Source: a bacterium | Lineage (GTDB): Bacteria; Patescibacteriota; Patescibacteriia; UBA9570 | Direction: 5' to 3' | NCBI GenBank assembly: GCA_030698395.1 | Contig: JAUYKW010000026.1 | Coordinates: 12,797 to 76,796 of the forward strand | Length of the DNA stretch: 64,000 nucleotides | Shown here: positions 8,513-18,628 of the stretch, in pieces | Position numbering within the stretch: the stretch's first letter is position 1 | How the letters are laid out: each line of letters opens with the position of its first letter | Translations under genes and position numbers: made by a program | The notes under the pieces: generated by a model | What the model saw: only the letters and a program-made list of their open reading frames with translations | The model's database searches: none | Told to the model about the DNA's origin: nothing

Positions 8513-8595
8513 AACAGTCCTCCATAGACAGATATTATCGAGATGCACACCTTATTAAATAATCCGCTATCTGTAAAGTTCACAAGAATCATGAA

Positions 8596-9540
8596 GTGTC
8601 GTACAATAGTTATATGACTGTAAATAAATTAATTATAGAATTTCTAGAATACTTAGAAATTGAGCGCAATCGTTCTGCTCAAACTATTAAAAATTATGAT
8701 TATTACCTGAAAAGGTTCCTAAAACTTTCAAAAGTTAAAACTCCGCAAGATATTACTCAAGATAAGGTAAGAAAATATCGTCTACAATTAAACCGTATCA
8801 CCAACCCAAATACAGGAGAACCTCTTAAGAAAAAAACTCAAAATTATCACATGATTGCACTGCGAGCTTTTCTAAAGTATCTCGCTAAACGAGATATCAA
8901 ATCAATGGCAGCAGAAAAAATTGAATTAGCCAAACAAGAAGATCGTCAAATCGAATTTCTAGATGGTAGTGAACTTGAACGACTACTAGAAGCTCCACTT
9001 CAAGTAAAAGGTAATGAAATTATAAAATTACGAAATAAAGCAATCTTAGAACTGTTATTTTCTACAGGATTACGTGTTTCAGAATTAGCGCATTTAAAAA
9101 TTTCTGATATCAATTTAAAACGCGAAGAATTCTCTGTGCGTGGTAAAGGCGGTAAAGTAAGAATAGTATTTTTATCCGAACAAGCCAGATACTGGCTAAA
9201 AAAATATCTAGATAAAAGAACTGATATTTCGCCATACATGTTCGTTGCCCATGATCGCGCTCAATCAGCTCGTGAACAAACTGATAGCGCACCAATTACA
9301 TCACGATCCATTGAGCGTATGGTGAGTAAATATGCTAGAGTTGCCGGCATTATGAAAAAAATCACTCCACATACACTACGTCATAGTTATGCTACTGATC
9401 TACTACGTAATGGCGCAGATATTCGATCTGTTCAAAGTATGCTGGGTCACTCTTCTATTACCACAACTCAAGTTTATACTCACGTTACGGATCAACAATT
9501 AAAAAAGATCTATAAAAAATTCCACAACAAGAAGACATAG
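8596..9540 (+). CDS. tyrosine site-specific recombinase, XerC/XerD family
   Basis: R...HTLRHSYAT...GHSSITTTQVYTHV catalytic box. It lies next to the accessory junk region. Confidence 0.85.
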   Translation: MSYNSYMTVNKLIIEFLEYLEIERNRSAQTIKNYDYYLKRFLKLSKVKTPQDITQDKVRKYRLQLNRITNPNTGEPLKKKTQNYHMIALRAFLKYLAKRDIKSMAAEKIELAKQEDRQIEFLDGSELERLLEAPLQVKGNEIIKLRNKAILELLFSTGLRVSELAHLKISDINLKREEFSVRGKGGKVRIVFLSEQARYWLKKYLDKRTDISPYMFVAHDRAQSAREQTDSAPITSRSIERMVSKYARVAGIMKKITPHTLRHSYATDLLRNGADIRSVQSMLGHSSITTTQVYTHVTDQQLKKIYKKFHNKKT

Positions 9541-9560
9541 AAAATCGTAGCTTGTTTTCT

Positions 9561-11324
9561 TTATAAAGTTTGGAGATAACGCAAAGCTTTATTTCCACCC
9601 ACTTTAAACCTGCCATCACCAGAACTTTTTAACACATTGCTTTTTTGAAAAATCTTTACTCGCATTTGCCCCACTCCTGTTAAATCCAAAAGTAAACTTT
9701 TCGCACGTTGAGTATTCCAATATGCGTACATATCATAATGGCCTTTATGAAATCTATACAAATATGCATCCGCTATTTTAGACGCATATAATTCATCTAT
9801 ATAAACCGTACCCTCTTCCAAGCTACCGTCTGCATCATCCAAAATAAATGAATCGAATGTTAATGGATAATCTAACTTACCGTCGTTATTACCGCCCCAA
9901 CTTCCTTGATAATTCTTAAGTTGGATTGTATAGAACAACCATTCTTTTGGCATGTATCCTAAGTTGTATTGAAATGTTTCACCTTTATTATCAGTTATTC
10001 TAACTCTTAAAGTTGTATCATCATTATCTCCCTTTACTTTAAATTGCAAAGCTTTAATCCTTCCTGGCAACTGCTTCTGTAATGCAATCGGAGCATAACA
10101 ATTACCATTTCCTGTAAAATTATAGTACACCTTCATTGTGCCTCCATCATGATCATCTAGAGCTCCACTAGTACATTCAGTTTCAGAAAAATGCCATCCC
10201 TTGCTGGAAACAAAATTATCAATAATTCTATATTCTGGTAAATTCATTCCTTCAAAGTACTTTCTATTCAAATTACGTTGCATAAATTTGTAGGCATGAT
10301 ATGCAGGCTTAGGTTTATACTCATGATCCACTAATCCAAATTGAGATTCTAAATAGGACTCATCCGCAGAAGAATCTGTCATGGTGTACCAAAATACTTT
10401 TTTTACATTTGGAATAGATAGTGCAATAGTGTAAAATCGCATTAAATATTTAGCCTGCATATTCTCTGTGATACCTCCAGAATAAGTTGTCCATCCAGCT
10501 TCCGTAATCCAAATTGGTGTATCAGTAAAACCGTGTTTATTCATTACTGCCTTAACATTATAAATGTCTACATATAACGGATTCAATCCAGCACCAGTAC
10601 GCTCTGGCATATAGTTAAAATTTCCATCGATAGTTCGGTAAGGATGTATAGCCACAACTTCAATATCCGATTTATCATCTACTTCTGAAAAAAATTCATC
10701 TAACCAAACAGCATCTGCTCCTGATACACCACCCAAAATTACTTTTGCATCTGGATTGGCAGATTTGATTTCATCTACTGCTGAAGAATAATAGGTTGCG
10801 TACTCTTTCAAGCTACCTTTCCAAAAACCTTCATGATTTGGCTCATTCCAGATCTCCCATGTATCAACAGATCCAGCATAATGCTCTGCAACTTTACCAA
10901 CGTAATCTTTCCAAGCATCTAAATCTGGCGGATAAAATTCTGAATCTGATGCGCCCGGATTTGTTGATGCCCACGAACTACTATATGTTAATAATCCTAA
11001 CATCTCAATATTTTTGTCCTGATACGCTTGAAGCACATTATCATAAGTAGTCCAATTATAATTACCGTCAGATGGTTCTATAACATCCCAATTAAATTGC
11101 TCTCTACCCCACTGAGCTCCTGTAGCCTCTACCTTTCCCAATACTGTATCCCAATCCGCCTCATCAACTCGCTCTCGCAAATGAACATTCACGCCAAAAG
11201 CATCTTTGATTCTATCTGAATTCGCTGAAGCAATGCCTGGCATAAATAGTATGCTAAATAACATACCTATAAATACTGGGGCTATGATAGATTTTATGCG
11301 CATAATTTTAATCTTTATAAGCAT
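9561..11324 (-). CDS. secreted clan GH-A (GH5-like) glycoside hydrolase with C-terminal extension
   Basis: Signal peptide, WEIWNEPN (acid/base Glu) and IWITEAGW (nucleophile Glu). The likely true start is the Met at 11303, which avoids overlap with cca. Confidence 0.7.
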   Translation of the reverse strand: MLIKIKIMRIKSIIAPVFIGMLFSILFMPGIASANSDRIKDAFGVNVHLRERVDEADWDTVLGKVEATGAQWGREQFNWDVIEPSDGNYNWTTYDNVLQAYQDKNIEMLGLLTYSSSWASTNPGASDSEFYPPDLDAWKDYVGKVAEHYAGSVDTWEIWNEPNHEGFWKGSLKEYATYYSSAVDEIKSANPDAKVILGGVSGADAVWLDEFFSEVDDKSDIEVVAIHPYRTIDGNFNYMPERTGAGLNPLYVDIYNVKAVMNKHGFTDTPIWITEAGWTTYSGGITENMQAKYLMRFYTIALSIPNVKKVFWYTMTDSSADESYLESQFGLVDHEYKPKPAYHAYKFMQRNLNRKYFEGMNLPEYRIIDNFVSSKGWHFSETECTSGALDDHDGGTMKVYYNFTGNGNCYAPIALQKQLPGRIKALQFKVKGDNDDTTLRVRITDNKGETFQYNLGYMPKEWLFYTIQLKNYQGSWGGNNDGKLDYPLTFDSFILDDADGSLEEGTVYIDELYASKIADAYLYRFHKGHYDMYAYWNTQRAKSLLLDLTGVGQMRVKIFQKSNVLKSSGDGRFKVGGNKALRYLQTL

Positions 11325-12726
11325 TTAAGTCTGCTAATGCAGAACGATACTCCTTCATAATAGCACGAGCATCACTTTCTGACATCTCTTTAAAATCATC
11401 TACCAAAGCTTCTGCTCGGCTAGTTAAAAACTCAGCAGTATTTCGTTTTGGATCTTCCAATACTTCATCCAACAAACGATGGAGCACAACACCTATTTTT
11501 GCACCTGGCTTCATGCCATATTTCTTCATTAATTCATTGCCATCAATAGCTAACATGCTAGTTGATATTGGATCTTTCTGAACATGTTCTATTCTTTGCT
11601 CTAGCTCTATTAATTTGTAAGGTTTTTCTTTGTACACGCCAGACCCCATACGATCGGCAATTCTAACTGCCATTAAATCTTCTAAATGTTCCACACCAAC
11701 ACGCTGTAACAATCGTCTAACTCCAGCATCAGTAATTTCACCAACATTGTAATAAAACATATGATGTTTAACTAAATGAAAAATTCTCTTAATATCGTTA
11801 TTAGAAAAATTCATCCGTCGCATAATTTGGCGGGCAATTTTTGCACTAACATGTTCGTGTTGATAGAAAGTTGCATCCCTCCCAGATCCCTCCTTCACTT
11901 CAGGCTTGCCAATATCATGAAATAAAGAAGCAAGTCGTACCTGCCAATCATCAGAGGGACAAAACTGCATGGCTAACAAGTTATGAGAGAAAACAGTATA
12001 AATATGATGCAAGTTCTGTTCTACACCAACGCAATTTTCTAACTCTGGTATGATAATTGCTAATAACCCACTAGTATGGAGCTGCCAAAAAGCTTTGTAT
12101 GAATCATCCGTAGAAACCATTTTAATAATCTCGTCCCGAATACGCTCTTGAGAAACATGTTTGATAAGTTCTGTATTTTTTACAATTGCCTGCCAAGTTT
12201 CTGCTTCAATGGCAAAACCTAACTGGCTACTAAAACGAATCGCGCGCAACATTCTTAAAGCATCTTCTTGAAATCGTTCATTTGCATCACCAACTGCGCG
12301 GATTAATTCTTTATCAATATCCAAAATGCCGGCAAATTTATCAACCAGCTCTTCGCCATCATAAGCAAGTGCATTAATAGTGAAATCTCTCCGTTCTACA
12401 TCTTCTTGTAATGATACGCCAAACTTCACCTCATCTGGATGACGATGATCTGTATAACCACCCTCACTTCGATATGTGGTTATTTCAATTTCAGCCTTAC
12501 CAATTTTAACTGTTACCGTACCAAAAGTATTCAAATACAGTGTTTTTGGAAAAATCTTCTGTATTTCATCCGGCAAAGCATTAGTAGTAACATCCCAATC
12601 CTTTGGTGTCCGCTGCATAATTAGATCACGCAAACAACCACCTACTACATAGGCTTGATGCTCATTTTGGTGTAATATCTGTAACACCTGTTGAACTTCT
12701 TTCGGTAAGCTGATAGTATAATCCAT
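11308..12726 (-). CDS. cca: CCA-adding tRNA nucleotidyltransferase with HD domain
   Basis: Pol-beta-type NTase N-terminus (GGCLRDL...DWDVTT) plus an HD motif (LFHDIGKP). Confidence 0.8.
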   Translation of the reverse strand: MDYTISLPKEVQQVLQILHQNEHQAYVVGGCLRDLIMQRTPKDWDVTTNALPDEIQKIFPKTLYLNTFGTVTVKIGKAEIEITTYRSEGGYTDHRHPDEVKFGVSLQEDVERRDFTINALAYDGEELVDKFAGILDIDKELIRAVGDANERFQEDALRMLRAIRFSSQLGFAIEAETWQAIVKNTELIKHVSQERIRDEIIKMVSTDDSYKAFWQLHTSGLLAIIIPELENCVGVEQNLHHIYTVFSHNLLAMQFCPSDDWQVRLASLFHDIGKPEVKEGSGRDATFYQHEHVSAKIARQIMRRMNFSNNDIKRIFHLVKHHMFYYNVGEITDAGVRRLLQRVGVEHLEDLMAVRIADRMGSGVYKEKPYKLIELEQRIEHVQKDPISTSMLAIDGNELMKKYGMKPGAKIGVVLHRLLDEVLEDPKRNTAEFLTSRAEALVDDFKEMSESDARAIMKEYRSALADLNAYKD

Positions 12727-12749
12727 ACTGTTATTACAGTATCACGTCG

Positions 12750-12821
12750 GTCCCTGTAGTTCAACGGATAGAACAACGGCCTTCTAAGCCGTGGATGTAG
12801 GTTCGATTCCTGCCGGGGACA
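12750..12821 (+). tRNA. tRNA-Arg (anticodon TCT)
   Basis: Manual cloverleaf: acceptor GTCCCTG/CGGGGAC, anticodon loop CUUCUAA, T-loop TTCGATT. CCA is not encoded. Confidence 0.85.
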
Positions 12822-13080
12822 CAATTAGAAATCAACACAATATAAAATCTCTATTCAGAGCATTCAAAAAACTGGATAAAAAATGGCAAAATATTGCATA
12901 ATATCAATTCTTTTGTTAAAATATTTTAGCTCTTTTTATTGTAAATCAATCTGGAAACAGAAACTAGAAAAGGTTAAATTAAAGCATGATACGACTTATC
13001 GTGGTATAAATATAGTCAGACAAAACTTCTTAAGTTCGTAGCCGAACAGAAAGGCAATTGAATAATTCTCAATGGCAATT

Positions 13081-13130
13081 CCGTTCAGTTTCGAACTACT
13101 AAGTAAGATTCTGATTTTGACAGGGTAGCT
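13081..13130 (+). repeat. degenerate duplicate of the tRNA-Met 5' leader and first 12 nt (pseudo-tRNA fragment)
   Basis: CCGTTCAGTTTCGA plus TGACAGGGTAGCT occur here and again at 13198..13244, where they form the real tRNA start. Confidence 0.4.
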
Positions 13131-13232
13131 TCTGAACAAGTTCTTGAAAACTCGAAATTGAACAGACAAGTAGCTAGTTAATAACACTAAGGCTTATCCG
13201 TTCAGTTTCGATCGATGTGAGAAACTGTTCGT

Positions 13233-13309
13233 GACAGGGTAGCTCAGCTGGTTAGAGCGCGGGACTCATAAGCCCGAGGTCGAGGGTTCAATCCCCTCTC
13301 CTGTCACCA
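13233..13309 (+). tRNA. tRNA-Met (CAT; elongator type or possibly Ile2-lysidine)
   Basis: Acceptor GACAGGG/TCCTGTC paired at 1:72, anticodon loop CUCAUAA, T-loop TTCAATC. CCA is encoded. Confidence 0.8.
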
Positions 13310-13310
13310 T

Positions 13311-13386
13311 GGTGGGCGTGGCGCAGTGGTAGCGCAGCGGCTTGTGGTGCCGTTGGTCGGGGGTTCGAATCCCCTCGTTCACCCCA
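13311..13386 (+). tRNA. tRNA-His (GTG) with encoded G-1
   Basis: Extra 5' G pairing with discriminator C73, anticodon loop UUGUGGU, T-loop TTCGAAT. CCA is encoded. Confidence 0.85.
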
Positions 13387-13476
13387 AATATTTAAACCAA
13401 CCTTTTTGGTTGGTTTTTATTTTGCAACCAGATTGGTAACAATAGATAAGAGTAATTAATAATTATTCATCTATGA

Positions 13477-14586
13477 ATGAGCCAAGAAAAAACAAATAGT
13501 AATGGCAGAGGCATATTGCCATCAGCATCAGTTTTACAAAAACTAGTTGTAGAATTCACAATTCGCGAACGTTGGTTTTTAGTAATTATTTTAGTTGGCT
13601 TAACTCTTGCTGGAGTTGCGCTTAGACTACCTCTAGGATTTACCATGGCAATTGGATTTATTTTTGCCAGTTATCCTGTAATTGCAAATGATTCAATCCA
13701 AACCCTCGGAACATTTATTGCATCCAACCGTGACGTTGCTTGGTGGAAAAAATGGCTCTTTATGGGCGGAATATTTATTATCACCATGGTTTTTTCATGG
13801 ATAATGTTCGACGGTGATCTTTCCTTTCAACGCCTAGCATCAAAAGGATTTAATGAAACACCTACTGCATTTCACTATCTACAAATCATCGCTCCTCTAG
13901 CATTGCTTGTATTAACACGATTACGGATTCCAGTTTCAACTAGCTTACTAATTCTTACTGCTTTTGCCACAGAAGCTAGTGCAATTCAAAAGGTTGTAAT
14001 GAAAAGTCTTAATGGATATGTATTAGCTTTTGTTGGTGCAGTTATTCTTTGGGGATTAATTACAAGATTAGAAGAAAAATTATTTACATCTCCTGCTAAA
14101 CCATATTGGCGTTGGTTACAATGGATTACGACTGGCATACTATGGTCTTTTTGGTGGCAACAGGATGCAGCCAATATAGCAGTTTACCTCCCACGACAAA
14201 TACCTCTGATAGGACTAATTGGATTTTTAGCTGTAATATTTTTTGGGCTTGGTTTGCTAATGAAAAAAGGAGGTGAACGCATTCAACAAATTGTTGAAGA
14301 AAAAAGTTACATAGTTGATATTCGTTCTGCAACAATAATTGACGCTCTCTACGCTGTAATTCTATGGTATTTTAAAGTTATTAGTAATATCCCAATGAGT
14401 ACAACCTGGGTATTTCTAGGACTACTTGCTGGAAGAGAATTAATGATCGCACTGCGTAGTAAACGAAAAGGCAAGAGATCTTTTTGGTCTGCTGGAAGAA
14501 TTATTGCTTTAGATGCAGTCGCGGCAACAATTGGCTTAATTATCAGCTTGATTATTGGAGCAAGTGTAAACGGAATTTCGTTTTAA
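13477..14586 (+). CDS. polytopic membrane protein, PiT-like (inorganic phosphate transporter family) candidate
   Basis: IANDSIQTLGTFIAS and QQDAANIAVYLP resemble the duplicated GANDVANA signature. About 10 TM helices. Confidence 0.45.
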   Translation: MSQEKTNSNGRGILPSASVLQKLVVEFTIRERWFLVIILVGLTLAGVALRLPLGFTMAIGFIFASYPVIANDSIQTLGTFIASNRDVAWWKKWLFMGGIFIITMVFSWIMFDGDLSFQRLASKGFNETPTAFHYLQIIAPLALLVLTRLRIPVSTSLLILTAFATEASAIQKVVMKSLNGYVLAFVGAVILWGLITRLEEKLFTSPAKPYWRWLQWITTGILWSFWWQQDAANIAVYLPRQIPLIGLIGFLAVIFFGLGLLMKKGGERIQQIVEEKSYIVDIRSATIIDALYAVILWYFKVISNIPMSTTWVFLGLLAGRELMIALRSKRKGKRSFWSAGRIIALDAVAATIGLIISLIIGASVNGISF

Positions 14587-14674
14587 GAAATAATTCAAAC
14601 AAGACATGTAAGTAATTATTGATATTTTTTGAATCTGACAATATTTAGAACTTCTGATAAAATAATAAATACAT

Positions 14675-15121
14675 ATGAAATTAATAATCAGAAAAATCAG
14701 AACCATTGATCACCCAGAGGTAATCAATCTAATTAAGGCCTTTTATCGAGAAGATACCGAGGGTTTGCCTACAAATATCCGAAAAATTCGAAAAACTTTT
14801 CGCCATTTACAAAATTCTCGGCGCGGAGAAATTATTGTGGCAAAAATGAATAATAAAGTTGTGGCATATTCTATTCTGGCGAATTATTGGAGTAATGAAT
14901 ATGGTGGTAACATTCTGCACATCGACGAACTATATGTTGCAGCAGACTATCGTAGCCATGGCATCGGAACGCGAATGTTAAAGTATATCAAGAAAGAATA
15001 CGGACAAGATGCCAAAGCTCTAATGCTGGAAGTAATACCCTCAAATACCCGAGCAGAACATCTATATAATAAAATGGGCTTTAAGCCTGTGCGCAATAAA
15101 TTCTTCATCCAAAAAATTTAG
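14675..15121 (+). CDS. GNAT family N-acetyltransferase
   Basis: IDELYVAADYRSHGIGTRML acetyl-CoA binding motif. Confidence 0.8.
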   Translation: MKLIIRKIRTIDHPEVINLIKAFYREDTEGLPTNIRKIRKTFRHLQNSRRGEIIVAKMNNKVVAYSILANYWSNEYGGNILHIDELYVAADYRSHGIGTRMLKYIKKEYGQDAKALMLEVIPSNTRAEHLYNKMGFKPVRNKFFIQKI

Positions 15122-15204
15122 AATAACAAAATACACCTAGTATATATCTCCTCTAATCTAGCTTATAGAAAAAAATTGAAATCAATCGATACAAAATATT
15201 AATA

Positions 15205-15525
15205 ATGTTACTAGTAGTTACTGGTGTTTTTTGGTTCATTAACTCAATACTCTTCTTACTTACTTCAAATGTTGATTCAACTTTAACTAAATATATTGTC
15301 TCTCTATTGTTACTTATAAATAGTGCTGGATTTTTTTTGTTACTTTACGGATTCCTGACGCGAAAAAGTTGGACTAATATATCAGCAATTGTTTTCTTGT
15401 TACTTAACATCGTACTTACGATAACAAATGATTTCGGCATGGCAGATTTTGGAATCATCATTATCTATGCAATTACTCTTATTATCTTTATAATGAATAT
15501 TAAATCAGTTACCAAAAAAAAATGA
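15205..15525 (+). CDS. small membrane protein (3 TM)
   Basis: Hydrophobic profile only. Confidence 0.4.
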   Translation: MLLVVTGVFWFINSILFLLTSNVDSTLTKYIVSLLLLINSAGFFLLLYGFLTRKSWTNISAIVFLLLNIVLTITNDFGMADFGIIIIYAITLIIFIMNIKSVTKKK

Positions 15526-16076
15526 CACCTCCTCACATCCAATGCAGTAATAGAAAAATTCTCTATTGGGAATTAATAGGAATAGTTTTTTTAGTTTGCG
15601 TCGGTTCGCTACTACATTTTACTTATGCTTGGTCTGATTATTCTCCGTTCGTTGGATTGTTCAGTTCTGTAAATGAAAGTGTTTGGGAACATCTTAAACT
15701 AGGCTTCACATCTCTAGTTATTTTTTCACTGATAGAGTTTTGGTTCATAAAAAAAGATGCGCAGAATTTTTTCCTTGCCAAAGCTGTTGGAATTCTATAC
15801 TTACAGCTATTTATTGTTATATTTTTTTACGGATATACTTTTCTAACCGGCACCGAAATTTTATTGGTTGATATATTATCTTATATAGTAGGCTGTATCA
15901 TCTGTCAGCTAGTTAGTTTTAGGATACTTATCAATAAAAAATTGCCTGAATCTTGGAATATTGCTGGAATGGTATTCCTCTTCTTGCATGCAATTATTTT
16001 AATGATGTTTACTTTCTATTCACCGGAATTACCGATCATCAAAAATCCTCATGCCGATGCTTATGGTACCACTTAG
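15522..16076 (+). CDS. membrane protein (5-6 TM), unknown function
   Basis: Hydrophobic profile. Its start overlaps the stop of the preceding gene. Confidence 0.45.
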   Translation: MTPPHIQCSNRKILYWELIGIVFLVCVGSLLHFTYAWSDYSPFVGLFSSVNESVWEHLKLGFTSLVIFSLIEFWFIKKDAQNFFLAKAVGILYLQLFIVIFFYGYTFLTGTEILLVDILSYIVGCIICQLVSFRILINKKLPESWNIAGMVFLFLHAIILMMFTFYSPELPIIKNPHADAYGTT

Positions 16077-16180
16077 GATTACATGCCGAGTGATAATGAT
16101 CAGGATCACTCATAATCAATAAAAAGAGCCGGCGATTAACCGACTCTTCACTTCTATATGGATTCGAAGCTTTTTAAATT

Positions 16181-16564
16181 TTAGGCGTCCATCATGAACC
16201 TTGCTCCATGGTGTCGCATTCCCTTATTGCCAAATGGATGCTCTCCAGATTTCATCTTTTCGAACCTATCTTCATTAATACTATCATTCATATTGTCAAA
16301 CATCTCTTGATTTCGTGTTTGCATCAACTCAACCCAAGCATCATAATTATCCTCATCTAGAACTTTCCTCATTTCCTCCATGTGCGTCTGATGCTCTGCT
16401 TTGTTTTCTTCTATTTGCTGTTGCTGTTCCACAGATAAATCCTCAAACGCTGGCTTGTCTCCATCAAAACCATGGGCATAAGCAGATGTGATTCCAGCTG
16501 TAAGAGCTAATCCTAAAGCGCTCGCTATTAAAGGTACATGTTTCTTGGACAAAATTTTCTTCAT
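16181..16564 (-). CDS. secreted Spy/CpxP-like (LTxxQ-type) periplasmic stress protein
   Basis: Signal peptide, a helical His/Glu/Met-rich region and an LSVEQQQQ motif. Confidence 0.45.
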   Translation of the reverse strand: MKKILSKKHVPLIASALGLALTAGITSAYAHGFDGDKPAFEDLSVEQQQQIEENKAEHQTHMEEMRKVLDEDNYDAWVELMQTRNQEMFDNMNDSINEDRFEKMKSGEHPFGNKGMRHHGARFMMDA

Positions 16565-16620
16565 ATATTATTTACTTGTTATTATTTAGTTTAGCAGCTG
16601 CTCACTTAGAAGATACGCAA

Positions 16621-17379
16621 CTAGCGACTAAATTCTTTCATTAACTGTTTACCCTGTTTGTATGGCTTGTGTGGAAAAAAATCATCACTATCCTCACGTA
16701 ATCTTATTTTAGTTGCTCTAAATATATATTCATCTTCTTGTTCTCCAATCATCCGCGCAAACATATCTGCATGTGGATCTCCTCTAACATCTGCACCCTC
16801 TATTACAATTATCTCCCACTCCTCTCCATAAATATCTTTTATCTGAAAATTCATCCCATCACTCGTTTCTATGATCATTCCAACTAACATTCCATCATCC
16901 GGATTCATCCAAAGCTCTGGTTTAGGTGCGGCCAATCTTAATAACGATGAATCGGATTGTAATAATAACCGTTCACTCATTCTTGCTACACCAGCTAAAT
17001 GAAGAATTACGCCTAACATTAATGTTAAAGATAGTAGCACCATGAAGAAAACCGAAAATCTATAATGATATCCCTTCTCTGTATGAACAATATTGTAATA
17101 AATAATACCAGCCAATATTGCTAGTAGCACCACCCAAAAATACGGCATCATAGACATAACATACCGGAATGTTCCAAACTCTGCTTCTCTTATAAAATCT
17201 AAATCACTAGTAGCAAAACGATGAATAATAACCGATACGGCTAAACCACCAACAATCACAGATACTCCAGCAGTTGACCACAAAACATACTCCTTCAATA
17301 AAAAGTTCCACCGTGGTTTCGGAGTTATATTTTCTTCTTGAATCTTATCTAAGATTTTTTTCTGAATATCGTCGATCAT
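16621..17379 (-). CDS. membrane protein co-transcribed with the ECF sigma factor; anti-sigma candidate
   Basis: 4-bp overlap with the sigma gene and a 4-TM core. Confidence 0.45.
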   Translation of the reverse strand: MIDDIQKKILDKIQEENITPKPRWNFLLKEYVLWSTAGVSVIVGGLAVSVIIHRFATSDLDFIREAEFGTFRYVMSMMPYFWVVLLAILAGIIYYNIVHTEKGYHYRFSVFFMVLLSLTLMLGVILHLAGVARMSERLLLQSDSSLLRLAAPKPELWMNPDDGMLVGMIIETSDGMNFQIKDIYGEEWEIIVIEGADVRGDPHADMFARMIGEQEDEYIFRATKIRLREDSDDFFPHKPYKQGKQLMKEFSR

Positions 17380-17957
17380 TGTTGATTTATTACTTTTTTC
17401 AATTTTTTCTTAGCTCTATTAATTAGAGTAGCTATAGTTCCTTCTGGTTTTCTTAGAATATCAGAGATTTCTTTATAACTCTTTTCTTCTAAATATTTTA
17501 ACACCAATACATCTCGATATTTAGCGTCCAATTTTTGCAATGCTGTTTGCATGTGCTCTCGTAAAATTGCTTTATCTATATCCTGTTCAATATCTGTATC
17601 ATCTTGAAACATAGAATCGTATTGTTCATCTGAGATAACCACACTATTACCATGGGGACGTGCCTTCCGCGACCTAAAATCACTAATCACTTGATTATGA
17701 GCTATTCGGTAAATCCATGATGAGAAGGGCATTTTTGGATTATAACTATTCAGATTCTGATAAGCCTTTATAAACGTCTCTTGCAAAATATCCTCAGCAT
17801 CTTCATTTGTTACATTCGTTAGTCTTCTAATATAACGCAATAAAGGCTGTTCATATTTTTCTATAATGTACTTAAAACGCTCGTTGTTTTGAACACTTTG
17901 GCTCACCAACTCTTGATCTGAATATTTCTCACTATCTGTGGAATGCATAGTGTTCAT
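17376..17957 (-). CDS. RNA polymerase sigma factor, ECF (sigma-70 region 2 and 4) family
   Basis: DAEDILQETFIKAYQNL (region 2) and EISDILRKPEGTIATLINRAKKKL (region 4 HTH). Confidence 0.8.
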   Translation of the reverse strand: MNTMHSTDSEKYSDQELVSQSVQNNERFKYIIEKYEQPLLRYIRRLTNVTNEDAEDILQETFIKAYQNLNSYNPKMPFSSWIYRIAHNQVISDFRSRKARPHGNSVVISDEQYDSMFQDDTDIEQDIDKAILREHMQTALQKLDAKYRDVLVLKYLEEKSYKEISDILRKPEGTIATLINRAKKKLKKVINQQ

Positions 17958-18060
17958 CTTTAAGTAATACGCAACAAATACACATTTTCTTTCATTTAAT
18001 TTTTGCTAGTATTAAGTATTTAGTTTATAATATAGCTAATTAATTCATAATTACCATAGC

Positions 18061-18552
18061 ATGAAATACAACAAAACAATCATTCTGGGTATCGGCGCAC
18101 TACTTAGTGCTATAGTACTAGCTGGCGCTGCTTGTGGTACTGATGCAGATACCACTACACCAGTAACTACAACAACTGACACCGCAACAACTAAAGTAGA
18201 AGTTGCTGATACCGCAGATGCAGGATTTGATCAAACAACTCCAGAAGGAACAATAGAGCTTGTTTTCTTAGCTGCTAGCATAGGAGATATGAGTCTCGTA
18301 GCCGACCTTTGTGATCCTACAGGAGACAACGACGGTGACACTCAAGCTATTTGTGATTTAGGCACAGACGCAATAGGTGAAGCAACTGAAGATGAATTCG
18401 TACAAGTCTTTGCAGCTGGTAAAGTTACCGGAGATGCGGTAATCGAGGCAGACGAAGCAACAGTCCCATTCATGTTCGGACAAGACGGAACGGATGAGGA
18501 AACCATGACTCTGATCAACAGAGATGGTATGTGGTATCTATACAGCTTCTAA
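18061..18552 (+). CDS. acidic Thr-rich lipoprotein
   Basis: Signal peptide with lipobox LAGAAC. Confidence 0.55.
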   Translation: MKYNKTIILGIGALLSAIVLAGAACGTDADTTTPVTTTTDTATTKVEVADTADAGFDQTTPEGTIELVFLAASIGDMSLVADLCDPTGDNDGDTQAICDLGTDAIGEATEDEFVQVFAAGKVTGDAVIEADEATVPFMFGQDGTDEETMTLINRDGMWYLYSF

Positions 18553-18628
18553 ATACTCCTCCATAAACCTAAAAGATTGTAATCAGAGATACTCTCTAGT
18601 TGCAATCTTTTTTTATGCCAGATAAACT

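Noticed and set aside
12996-13187. ORF 12996..13187 (-) in the tRNA spacer
   Set aside because: No SD, odd composition, and it overlaps the duplicated tRNA-leader repeats.
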